Part shown: piece by piece, positions 25,749 to 34,600 of the stretch | Position numbering within the stretch: position 1 is the first letter of the stretch | Layout of the letters: every line of letters starts with the position of its first letter | NCBI GenBank assembly: GCA_039812785.1 | Contig: JBDIBE010000001.1 | Span: 1 to 35,424, forward strand | Reading direction: 5' to 3' | Origin: Thermoanaerobaculia bacterium | Lineage (GTDB): Bacteria; Acidobacteriota; Thermoanaerobaculia; UBA5066 | DNA: 35,424 nt | Made by a program: the position numbers and the translations under genes | The notes under the pieces: generated by a model | The model's database searches: none | What the model saw: the letters and a program-made list of their open reading frames with translations, nothing else | Told to the model about the DNA's origin: nothing

Positions 25749-25830
25749 GGCTCCGAAGTTCTTTCGGCGCCCGGTCACACGAATTTACCATAATATTTCT
25801 TATCGGACGTAGCGAATGCCGCCGGAACGC

Positions 25831-25836
25831 TAGAAT
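25831..25836 (+). promoter_or_regulatory. -10-like hexamer TAGAAT in the AT-richer island upstream of the lptF-lptG fusion gene
   Basis: It lies in the only sizeable noncoding gap (252 nt), near the locally AT-rich stretch gaatttaccataatatttcttatcgg (25781..25806). I found no good -35 at 17 nt. The ATG is 43 nt downstream. Confidence 0.2.
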
Positions 25837-25879
25837 CCCCCAGCCCGGAACAGCCCCTCGGCCGCCTCGGGCCTCACCC

Positions 25880-28210
25880 ATGAAGCTGACGAACCGCTAC
25901 GTCCTTCGCGAGATCCTCGCCCCCACGGCCGTCGCCTTCGCGATCTACACCGGCTTCATGCTGATCCGGTTCCTCGTCCAGTTCAGCGATCTCCTCCTTC
26001 AGAGCTCACGGCCGGTCCGTGACACGGGCTACGTGATCGCGTTCTCGAGTCCCCATGTCGTCGTCCTGACCCTCCCCATCGCCTTTCTCCTCGGGATCCT
26101 CGTCGGGATCGGCCGGCTCAGCCAGGACTCGGAGCTCGTCGCGCTCCGGGCGGCGGGCGTGGACCTGTTCACCCTCTACCGCCCGATCTCCGTTCTCGCA
26201 GTCCTGTTCGCCCTCGCGACGGGATTCGTCATGACGGCCGTCGTCCCGAGAACGAACCGGATCCTCTACGGGATGAAGCTTCAGCTCTCGACGTACGCCA
26301 TCGCCCAGAAGATCCAGCCGGGCCTCTTCAGCCCCGAGTTCGCGGGACGCCGGATCTTCGTCGAAAGCGCGTCGCCGGACAGGCGGACCCTCGAAGGCCT
26401 GATCCTCGCGGATCGCTCGAACCCGTCCGACGGAGAGCGCCTGACGATCGCCCGGAAAGGGGCTCTCGAGCTCGAGGAGGACGAGGGACGCCTGTGGCTC
26501 CGGCTGGACGACGCCGTCACGCATCACACAGGCCCGGATGCGCGTGGATACGACCGCGCGAGCTACCGCACGCAGAGGGTCCTCCTCGACGATACGAACC
26601 CGAAGGAGCGATTCGCCAAGACACGTCCGGACAAGCAGTTAAGGGAGATGACCCTGGCCGAGCTGGGGGCCCGCGCGAGGACCACGAAGAACCCCGAGCT
26701 CGCCCGTCTGTCGTGGGTGGAAATCCACAAGAAATTCTCATTCCCCGCGGCGTGTCTCGTGTTCGGTCTCGTCGGGCTTCCGCTGGGGGTCGTAAACCGG
26801 CGCGGAGGGCGCGCAGCGGGCTTCGCCGTCTCGACGGCGATCGTCCTCGGCTACTACTTCCTGTACGCCTGGGGGGAGGCTCGGGCGGTCAAGGGGGACG
26901 TGCCTCCCTGGCTCGCCATGTGGCTACCGAACGTCCTCCTCGTCGCCCTCGGGCTCTGGGCGATCACGAAGCTTCGCCGCGACCGGACGCTCTTCGAGGC
27001 CTCGGTCGTCGACTCTGTCTGGTCGGCCACGGCCCGGCTCCTCCCCCGTCTCACCCGCAGATCGAGCTCCTCCGGCGAGGGGCCGGACCTCCCGGGAACC
27101 CGGCCCCACCATGGCCTCGTCCGCGCCTGGCTCGTCGACCGATACGTGCTCACGCGCTTCGGGCAGCTCTTCGTCCTCGTCCTTGCCTCGGTCCTTCTCC
27201 TCTACGTCCTCATCGAATATCTCGAGATCTCGACGGACATCGCCCGGGTCCATCCCCCGTGGCAGGCGATCGTCGGCTACTTCCAGGCGAAGCTCGCGCC
27301 GATCCTGCTCGACGTCGTTCCCCTCGCCTTCGCGACGGCCGCCCTGATCGCCGTCGCCGGCCTCGTTCGATCGGCGGAGTCGACGGCGCTGCTCGCCCAC
27401 GGGATCTCTCTCTTCCGCGCGGTCGCGTCGATCCTCGTCTGCGGAGCGATCGCCGGGATCGGCCTCTTCGTGTTCGCCGAAGAAGTCGTTCCGAAATCGG
27501 CGTCTGAGGCCGAGCGCCTCCGAAACGTCCTGATCGGAAGACCGCCGGCCACCGCCTCGGACGCCTGGAGGTCCTATCTGAGGGGCGAGGACGGGCGGTT
27601 CTTTGCCGCCGAGACCTGGGACCCGGAGACGTCCCTGGTCACCGGGGTCACCGTGCTCGAGATCGAGCCCCGGACCTTTCGCCTGCTCCGGAAGTCCTTC
27701 GCCGCCCGGGGGCGTGTCGTCCCGGGCAAGGGGATCTTCCTCGAGAACGGCTGGACTCGGACTTTCGATGCGGAAGGTGGCTCCCTGTTCCTGAAGCGGA
27801 CCGGACCGACCTTCCTCGATGCGCCCGAGGCGGGGCGGACCTTCCTCGCCGGCAGGGCCGATCCTCGCCAGATGGGGAGCCTCGAGCTGGCCCGATTCAT
27901 CCGGCTCCGGCGCCAGGCAGGAGCCGACGTCTCCGCCGTCTCCACCGGCCTCTACCAGAAAAGCGCGGTGCTCCTGACTCCCCTGCTTCTCACGCTCGTC
28001 GGGCTTCCGTTCGCCTTCCGGTACGGCAAGCGCGGGGCCGTTGCCGGAATCGGCGTCGCGCTCCTCCTCGGCCTCGGCTATCTCGTCCTGTCGGCGGCCC
28101 TCGTGAAAGGAGGAGAGACGGGATCGCTCCCGCCTCTCCTCGCCGCATGGGGCACGAACCTCTTCTTCTCCCTCGGAGCCGGCTGGGGCCTCCTCGGAGT
28201 CAGGACCTGA
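25880..28210 (+). CDS. Fused LptF-LptG LPS export permease (two YjgP/YjgQ-family modules in one 776-aa chain)
   Basis: The N-terminus MKLTNRYVLREILAPTAVAF is the family start motif, and it recurs internally as WLVDRYVLTRFGQLFVLVLASVLL after a Ser-rich linker (RRSSSSGEGPDLPG). Each half shows 3 TM, a soluble insert, then 3 TM by eye. The ORF is uninterrupted. Confidence 0.8.
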   Translation: MKLTNRYVLREILAPTAVAFAIYTGFMLIRFLVQFSDLLLQSSRPVRDTGYVIAFSSPHVVVLTLPIAFLLGILVGIGRLSQDSELVALRAAGVDLFTLYRPISVLAVLFALATGFVMTAVVPRTNRILYGMKLQLSTYAIAQKIQPGLFSPEFAGRRIFVESASPDRRTLEGLILADRSNPSDGERLTIARKGALELEEDEGRLWLRLDDAVTHHTGPDARGYDRASYRTQRVLLDDTNPKERFAKTRPDKQLREMTLAELGARARTTKNPELARLSWVEIHKKFSFPAACLVFGLVGLPLGVVNRRGGRAAGFAVSTAIVLGYYFLYAWGEARAVKGDVPPWLAMWLPNVLLVALGLWAITKLRRDRTLFEASVVDSVWSATARLLPRLTRRSSSSGEGPDLPGTRPHHGLVRAWLVDRYVLTRFGQLFVLVLASVLLLYVLIEYLEISTDIARVHPPWQAIVGYFQAKLAPILLDVVPLAFATAALIAVAGLVRSAESTALLAHGISLFRAVASILVCGAIAGIGLFVFAEEVVPKSASEAERLRNVLIGRPPATASDAWRSYLRGEDGRFFAAETWDPETSLVTGVTVLEIEPRTFRLLRKSFAARGRVVPGKGIFLENGWTRTFDAEGGSLFLKRTGPTFLDAPEAGRTFLAGRADPRQMGSLELARFIRLRRQAGADVSAVSTGLYQKSAVLLTPLLLTLVGLPFAFRYGKRGAVAGIGVALLLGLGYLVLSAALVKGGETGSLPPLLAAWGTNLFFSLGAGWGLLGVRT

Positions 28211-28222
28211 CCTGCGCTGAAC

Positions 28223-29389
28223 CTACGCCCCTGCGGCGACCGGAACGCCGACCGCCTTCGCGAGCGCCTCGGCAACGTCGGTCCGCTCCCACGTGAACTC
28301 CGGCAGGCTCCGGCCGAAGTGACCGTAGGACGCCGTCTTCCGGTAGATCGGACGCTTGAGGTCGAGCGAGGCGATGATCCCCTTCGGCGTGAGCTTGAAG
28401 TGGTCGCGGACGAGCCCGGGAAGCCGGGCCGGGTCGACCTTTTCCGTGCCGAACGTCTCGACGAAGACCGAGACCGGGTCGGCGACTCCGATGGCATAGG
28501 CGAGCTGGACCTCGACGCGATCGGCGAGACCGGCGGCGACGAGGTTCTTGGCGATGTAGCGCGCCATGTACGAAGCCGAGCGGTCGACCTTCGTTGGGTC
28601 CTTCCCGGAGAAGGCTCCCCCGCCGTGCCGGCCCATTCCGCCGTAGGTGTCGACGATGATCTTGCGGCCGGTCAGGCCTGTGTCGCCCTGCGGCCCTCCG
28701 ATGACGAAACGGCCGGTCGGGTTGATGTGGAACTTCGTGCCGTCGTCGAGGAGGGAGGCCGGGATGACCCGCTTGATGACCTCCTCGCGGATCGCCTCGC
28801 GGAGCTCGAGCGTCGGCACCGTCTCGGCATGCTGGGTCGAGACGACGACGGCGTCGACGCGGACGGGCCGGCTCCCCTCGTACTCGACCGTGACCTGGCT
28901 CTTGCCGTCGGGACGGAGCCACTCGAGGTCATGGGACTTCCTCGCCTCGGCGAGGCGAAGCGTCAGCTTGTGCGCGAGCATGATCGGGAGGGGCATCAGC
29001 TCCTCCGTCTCGCGGACCGCGAAACCGAACATCAGGCCCTGGTCGCCGGCCCCGCCCGGGTCGACGCCCTGGGCGATGTCGGGGGACTGCTTGTCGATGG
29101 AAGAGAGGACGGCGCACGTCTGGTAGTCGAAGCCGTACTTGGCCCGCGTGTAGCCGACGTCGCGAATCGTCTCGCGCACGACCTGCGGGATGTCGACGTA
29201 GGTCCTCGTCGTGATCTCGCCCGCGATGAAGGCGGTCCCCGTCGTGACGAGCGTCTCGCAGGCGACGCGGCCGTCGGGGTCGTCGGCCAGGATCGCGTCG
29301 AGGATCCCGTCGGAGATCTGGTCGGCGATCTTGTCGGGATGGCCCTCGGTCACCGACTCGGACGTGAAGAGCGTGCGCGGGAGCGCCAT
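28223..29389 (-). CDS. metK: S-adenosylmethionine synthetase
   Basis: [55 protein letters not shown]. Length is 388 aa. Confidence 0.96.
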   Translation of the reverse strand: MALPRTLFTSESVTEGHPDKIADQISDGILDAILADDPDGRVACETLVTTGTAFIAGEITTRTYVDIPQVVRETIRDVGYTRAKYGFDYQTCAVLSSIDKQSPDIAQGVDPGGAGDQGLMFGFAVRETEELMPLPIMLAHKLTLRLAEARKSHDLEWLRPDGKSQVTVEYEGSRPVRVDAVVVSTQHAETVPTLELREAIREEVIKRVIPASLLDDGTKFHINPTGRFVIGGPQGDTGLTGRKIIVDTYGGMGRHGGGAFSGKDPTKVDRSASYMARYIAKNLVAAGLADRVEVQLAYAIGVADPVSVFVETFGTEKVDPARLPGLVRDHFKLTPKGIIASLDLKRPIYRKTASYGHFGRSLPEFTWERTDVAEALAKAVGVPVAAGA

Positions 29390-29401
29390 GTCTCGATCTC
29401 T

Positions 29402-29462
29402 CCTCGGTCCGCCCCTGTCGAGAGGCGCCCGGCTTTCGAGTCTATGGGGGGGCGGAGCGAGG
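29402..29462 (-). promoter_or_regulatory. Long imperfect hairpin in the 75-nt rsmD-metK spacer whose 3' arm overlaps the metK Shine-Dalgarno
   Basis: On the minus-strand RNA, CCTCGCTCCGCCCC pairs with GGGGCGGACCGAGG (5 bp, one C-C mismatch, 8 bp) around a 33-nt loop. The 3' arm runs into GAGGAGAG, the SD 8 nt before the ATG. No U-tract follows. Confidence 0.4.
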
Positions 29463-29464
29463 GG

Positions 29465-30046
29465 TCAACGGCCGGCGGCGTCCGTCCCGCGCGCCGCGGA
29501 GGTCGAGGACGACGCGGCGCCGGGACGGCGATAGAGAAAGAGCGACGTCGTTCCGTACCGGCGCACGGCCGGCTCCACGGGAGGCGAGGGCCACGGCTCC
29601 CCGGGGCTCCCCCGCTCGACGACGAGCGTCCCGCCGGGCACGAGGGCGCTCCAGAGCCCGTCCAGCTCTGCGAGCACGGGGTCGGCCCAGGGCGGGTCGA
29701 AGAAGACGACGTCGAATCCGCCGGGGCGCTCGGAGACGAGCCATGTCGAGACCGGGCGGACGACGACCCGCGCCCGCGCCTCGAGTCCCGTCCGCTCGAG
29801 GTTCGAAACGAGGAGACGGCCGACGCGGCCGTTCGCCTCGACGAAGACCGCCTCCCGGGCGCCCCGCGAGAGCGCCTCGAAACCGAGGGCGCCCGACCCG
29901 GCCGCGGCGTCGAGGACCCTCGCGCCGCGGATCTCGTCCCCCAGGATGCTGAAGAGCGCCTCGCGGGCCCGCTCCGTGGTCGGCCGGACTCCCGGCCCGA
30001 CGGCGAGCCGGCGGCCGCGAAGCTCCCCTGCGATGATCCGGATCAA
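29465..30046 (-). CDS. rsmD: 16S rRNA (guanine966-N2)-methyltransferase RsmD
   Basis: IRIIAGELRGRRL N-terminus, SAM-binding VLDAAAGSGALGFEALSRGA, and catalytic FFDPPW. A TTG start at 30046 overlaps the upstream stop (TTGA). Confidence 0.88.
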   Translation of the reverse strand: MIRIIAGELRGRRLAVGPGVRPTTERAREALFSILGDEIRGARVLDAAAGSGALGFEALSRGAREAVFVEANGRVGRLLVSNLERTGLEARARVVVRPVSTWLVSERPGGFDVVFFDPPWADPVLAELDGLWSALVPGGTLVVERGSPGEPWPSPPVEPAVRRYGTTSLFLYRRPGAASSSTSAARGTDAAGR

Positions 30047-30762
30047 CGCTTCGTCTCCCTCGCGGGATCCTTGAAGAGCTTCGGGATCTCCTCCCGGAGC
30101 ACGACGAGGCGCTCGAGGTTCCGCTCGACCTCGAGGAGCTCGAGGCTCCGGACGAACGTGTCGTCGCGGACGACCCGGAAACGCATCTCGTCGCCCCTCC
30201 GGACGAGGACGTCCCCGGTCCTCACGGCGGCCGGGTCCCAGAGCTCCTCCTCCGAGACGACCTTCTCGTCGAACCGGTCGAGGAGCCCCTCGAGCGCGCC
30301 GCGCGCACGCCCGAGAGGGAGCGGGACGCCGGCGAGCTCGTCGAAGCGGAAGGCGCGCGGCGGCTCGCCGGGACGGCCGACCTCGATCCGGAACCAGCGA
30401 GGCTCTCCCCCGCCGAGGACGTCCGCCCGGAAGTCCGAGACGTCCAGCGTCAGCGCCTCCGCGCAGACCTTCTCGACGAGTTCCACCTCCTCCGGCGAGA
30501 GGACCTTCTTCTTCAGCGTCCGGACCCCCTCGTACGTACGGGAGAGTGCGAGGGTCCCGTCCCGGTAGAGCGAGACCCTCTCCCTGCCTTCACCCTGCAC
30601 GATGTCGAGGGCGGCGACGAGCGTCTTGTCGTCCGGCCGGGGCGTGGGGACCGCGTCCTCCGCCGACGCAGTCGGATTCGCCGTAGGAGTCGGAGCGGGC
30701 GTCGGCCGGGGAGCCGCTCCCGCGAGCGCGAGGCCGAGGAGAAGGGCGAGAGGCCCCCTCAT
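30043..30762 (-). CDS. Hypothetical secreted protein (signal peptide, Pro/Thr linker, roughly 190-aa globular part)
   Basis: This is the C-terminal 239 aa of track ORF 30043..31452. MRGPLALLLGLALAGAAP is followed by RPTPAPTPTANPTAS and then a mixed-charge domain of ordinary composition. The ATG at 30762 overlaps the upstream stop (ATGA). No family recognised. Confidence 0.6.
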   Translation of the reverse strand: MRGPLALLLGLALAGAAPRPTPAPTPTANPTASAEDAVPTPRPDDKTLVAALDIVQGEGRERVSLYRDGTLALSRTYEGVRTLKKKVLSPEEVELVEKVCAEALTLDVSDFRADVLGGGEPRWFRIEVGRPGEPPRAFRFDELAGVPLPLGRARGALEGLLDRFDEKVVSEEELWDPAAVRTGDVLVRRGDEMRFRVVRDDTFVRSLELLEVERNLERLVVLREEIPKLFKDPARETKR

Positions 30763-31652
30763 CTCGCGCACCCTGCGGTCCGGCGCAGCGCGCGGGAAAA
30801 ATTCAGCCGTCCTGCGACGCGCTCCCGAACCGAACCCGGCTCGCACGCGAGAAGCCTCCCCCACGACTCTTCGGGCGGCGAGGGCGGCCCGAGGGACGCG
30901 CGCGTCTCCGGGCCGATCGTCCAGCCCTCGACGAGGAGGGACGGCACGCCCAGCCGGTCGAGGAGCGCGAGGGCCACGGCGCGATTCTCCTCCGCGAGGA
31001 CCTCGCCGAGGGCTCGTCGGAGCCGGTCCCCGGAGATGCGCCTGAACGCGGCGCTCTCCGCGGCCGTCCGGACCGCGTCGGCGAAGCCCGCGTCCAGGTC
31101 GAATCCGAGCCTCGCGGCGTAGCGCACCGCGCGGAAGACCCGCGTCGGATCGTCCGCGAGGGAGCCGCCGTGAAGGAGGCGGATCCGGCGGCCGCGGAGG
31201 TCGCCCGCTCCGCCCCACGGGTCGAGAAGGGGCGCTCCGGCGCCATCCGGGCCGAGGGGCACGGCCATCGCGTGGATCGTGAAATCGCGGCGGCCAAGGT
31301 CTTCCTCGATCGCCACGCCGGGCGTCACGACCGGAAGCGCCCCCGGCTCGGGGTAGGTTTCCGACCGTGTCGAGGCGAGGTCGACCTTGATCCCGTCGGG
31401 CGCGCGGACAGTGGCCGTCCCGAACCGGTCGTGCTCGGCCGAGCGCGTCCATCCCCGGCCGCCGATCGCGGCGGCGACCGCCGCAGCCGTGCCCGGCGGC
31501 CCCTCGACGGCGACGTCCAGGTCGAGCGGAACGCGGCCCAGGAGCCCGTCGCGCACCGCGCCGCCGACGAGCCAGGCACGGCCACCCGCGGCGGAGACTT
31601 CCACGGCCAGGGTCCCGAGGACCAGCGAGACGGGGAGCGGAAGAGCGATCAC
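30759..31652 (-). CDS. Class II nucleotidyltransferase of the CCA-adding enzyme / poly(A) polymerase family, short form (297 aa)
   Basis: This is the C-terminal 297 aa of track ORF 30759..34763: WLVGGAVRDGLLG, DLDVAV, EEDLGRRDFTIHAM, LADDPTRVFRAVRYAARLGF. The GTG at 31652 overlaps the dnaE stop (GTGA). Activity (CCA, CC, A or polyA) is not assignable from sequence. Confidence 0.75.
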   Translation of the reverse strand: MIALPLPVSLVLGTLAVEVSAAGGRAWLVGGAVRDGLLGRVPLDLDVAVEGPPGTAAAVAAAIGGRGWTRSAEHDRFGTATVRAPDGIKVDLASTRSETYPEPGALPVVTPGVAIEEDLGRRDFTIHAMAVPLGPDGAGAPLLDPWGGAGDLRGRRIRLLHGGSLADDPTRVFRAVRYAARLGFDLDAGFADAVRTAAESAAFRRISGDRLRRALGEVLAEENRAVALALLDRLGVPSLLVEGWTIGPETRASLGPPSPPEESWGRLLACEPGSVRERVAGRLNFSRALRRTAGCAR

Positions 31653-34600
31653 GAGCGGGGGTAGACGTACTTCACGCTGCCCGGCCCGAGGAGCCGCTCG
31701 AGCCCCTTCGACAGCTCGGGCGTCGGCCTCACGGCGAGCCGCCGCGCCGCCCGCACGGTCGCCTCCCAGTGCCCGGGACGGCGGACGAGGAGCGAGACGG
31801 GGACCGAGCCGGGGGACGACTCGAGGACCTCGCGGACCGAGGCGAACGTGTCGTCGAGCGTGCCGGGGAGCGGCGCGAAGAGCTTGAGCTCGATCGCCGA
31901 GGCCTCCCGCATCCCCTCGAGCGGCTGGATCTCCCTCGCGATGATCTCGACGGGCACCGGGGCGCCCTCGCCTTCCGGCTCGGGCGCCCCGGGCGCCGCC
32001 GACGAGCGGACGACCCCCGAGACGAGGACGGCCTTCCCCTCGGCGAGCCAGGCGCCGAGACGCTCGAGGAGCGAGGCGAAGATCGTCACGGGGACGGAGC
32101 CGGTGAGGTCCTCGAGGACCCCCTTGGCCATCATCTTCCCTTCGTTCTGCCCCTTCTTGATCTGCGTCTTCTTGAGCGACGCGAGGAGGGCGACGATCTT
32201 GACGTTCTGGTCGACCTTCTCGCCCGCGTTCTCCGCCTTCACGTCGCCGAAGAGCTCGATCTCCTCCTCGAAACGCGCGAGCGGGTGCCCCGTGATGTAA
32301 AAGCCGAGCGTCTCCTTCTCGTACTTGATCCGTTCGTCGGGCGACCACTCCGGCAGGTTCGGGAAGCGGTCCTTCCGGTCGTGCGCGGCCTCCTCGGCGA
32401 AGAGCCCCCCCTGGCCCGACTCGGCCGCCTTCCTCTCGGCCGAGGCCACGTCGAGCGCCGAGTCGACGCCCGCGGTCAGAGCGGCGCGCGACTTGCCGAG
32501 CGAGTCGAAGCAGCCCGAGCGGATCAGCGCCTCGAGGACCTTGCGGTTGTTGAGCTTCGTGTTGACGCGGCAGCAGAAGTCCGTGAGGGACGCGAAGGGG
32601 CCGTCCGCCGCCCGCTGCTCGAGGATCGAGTTCACCGCCCCCTCGCCGACGCCCTTCACGGCGCCGAGTCCGAAGCGGATCGCTTCGCCGTCCGGAGCGA
32701 AGGAGAGCTGGGAGGCGTTCACGTCGGGCGGGAGGATCGCGATCTTCATCTCCCGGCAGGCGTTGACGTACTTGACGACGTCCTCCGACTTCCCCGAGGA
32801 GGCGGTGAGCGTCGCCGCCATGAAGTCGACCGGGTGATGGACCTTCATCCACGCCGTCCGGTAGGCGAGGAGCGCGTAGACGACCGAGTGCGACTTGTTG
32901 AAGCCGTAGCGCCCGAACGGGAGGATCAGCTCCCAGAGCTCCTCGGCCTTCTTCTTGGGCACTCCCTTCTCGACCGCCTTCTTGACGAACTTCTCGCCCT
33001 GGTCCTTGAGGAGGGCCTCGTCCTTCTTGCCGATCGCCTTGCGGAGCTTGTCGGCCTCTCCCGGGGTGTACCCGGCTACGGCCCGCGCCGCGAGCATGAC
33101 CTGCTCCTGGTAGACGAGGACGCCGTAGGTGTCCTTGAGGATCAGCTCGAGCTGCGGGAGCGGGTAGTCGAACTTCCTGCCGCGCCGCCTCTCGATGTAG
33201 ACCTCGACCGTCCCGGCGTCGAGGGCTCCGGGGCGGTAGAGCGCGTTCAGCGCGGCGAGGTCCTCGAAGACGCTCGGCTGGACGCGCCGGAGGAGGTCCC
33301 GCATCCCCGACGACTCGAACTGGAAGATCCCGTCCGTCCGCCCTTCCGAGAAGAGCCGGAACACCTCCGGGTCGTTGAGCGGGATCTTCGCGAGGTCGAT
33401 CTGGCTCCCCGTCCTCTTCGAGGCCGTCCGGACGGCGTCGTCGAGGATCGTCAGCGTGATGAGGCCGAGGAAGTCCATCTTCAGGAGCCCCATCCTGTCG
33501 ACGGACTTCATCTCGAACTGCGTCGTGATCTCGTCGTTGTTGTTCTTGTAGAGGGGCAGGTACTCGACGAGCGGGCGCGGCGCGATGAGGACGCCCGCGG
33601 CGTGGACCCCCGCGTGCCGCGAGACCCCCTCGAGCCTCTCCGCCAGGTCGAAGAGGCGGCGGTAGCCCTCGTTCCCGGCGAGGGTATCCGAGAGCTCCTT
33701 GACGCTGCTCCGCGCCTCGGAGAGCGTCGTCGGCTTCCCGGGGTTCGCAGGGATCATCGCGCAGAGCCGGTTCACCTCCGCGAGCGGGACGTCGAGCGCG
33801 CGCCCGACGTCGCGGATGACGGCCCGCGCCTTCATCGAGTTGAAGGTGATGATCTGGCCGACGTTCTCCTTGCCGTACTTGTGGCGGACGTACTCGATGA
33901 CCTCGCCGCGGCGGCGCTCGCAGAGGTCGACGTCGATGTCGGGCATGGAGATCCGGTCGGGGTTCAGGAACCTCTCGAAGAGGAGGTCGTAGCGGAGCGG
34001 GTCGACGTCCGTGATGCCGAGCGTCCAGGCGACGAGCGAGCCCGCGGCGCTCCCCCGCCCCGGGCCGACGGGGATGCCGCTGTCCTTGGCGTACTTGATG
34101 AAGTCCCAGACGATGAGGAAGTAGGCCGAGAGGCCCATCTTCCGGATGACCCCGAGCTCCCACTCGAGCCGGTCGTCGTAGTCCTTCCTCGGATGCTTCG
34201 TCCGCCCCGCCGCGAGGAGCTCGGCGATCGGCGCGAGGCGCGACTCGAGTCCCGTACGCGCGAGGTTCTCGAGGTACTCGTCCGGGCCGCCCGCCTCCTC
34301 CGGGAGGGGGAACGTCGGCAGCTTCAGGCTCGTGTCGACGATGACCTTCGGGGCGACCCTGTCGGCGACCGCCGCCGAGTTCTTCACCGCCTCGAGGGAC
34401 CATTCCCGGAACGCCTCCTGCATCTCCCCGGGGTTCTTCACGTAGAACTCCGAGTTGTAGAACTTCATCCGCTTGGCGTCCTGGACGGTCTTCCCCATCC
34501 CGATGCAGAGCAGGACGTCCTGCGCCTCGGCGTCGCCGCGCTGCAGGTAGTGGGCGTCGTTCGTCGCGACGACGGGGATCCCTGTCTCGCGCGAGAGCCG

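Noticed and set aside
25748-25762. Sigma-54 promoter-like TGGC-N7-TT (tggctccgaagttct) upstream of lptFG
   Set aside because: The -24 GG is present, but the -12 element reads TTCT instead of TTGC. It also overlaps the U-tract of the parB terminator.
25710-25793. 27-aa small ORF (MSPAPPDGAGVLVGSEVLSAPGHTNLP) in the parB-lptFG gap
   Set aside because: It has no SD, it is composed largely of the terminator stem-loop, and nothing supports coding.
25797-25805. DnaA-box-like TTATCGGAC in the AT-rich island next to parAB (possible oriC)
   Set aside because: Only 5 of 9 positions match TTATCCACA. It is a single copy, with no DnaA-box cluster, no AT-rich unwinding repeats and no dnaA/dnaN nearby.
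29390-29464. Classical SAM-I (S-box) riboswitch upstream of metK
   Set aside because: The whole spacer is 75 nt, too short for the four-helix S-box, and I see none of its conserved junction sequences. The hairpin is kept as a finding, but only as a structure of unknown class.
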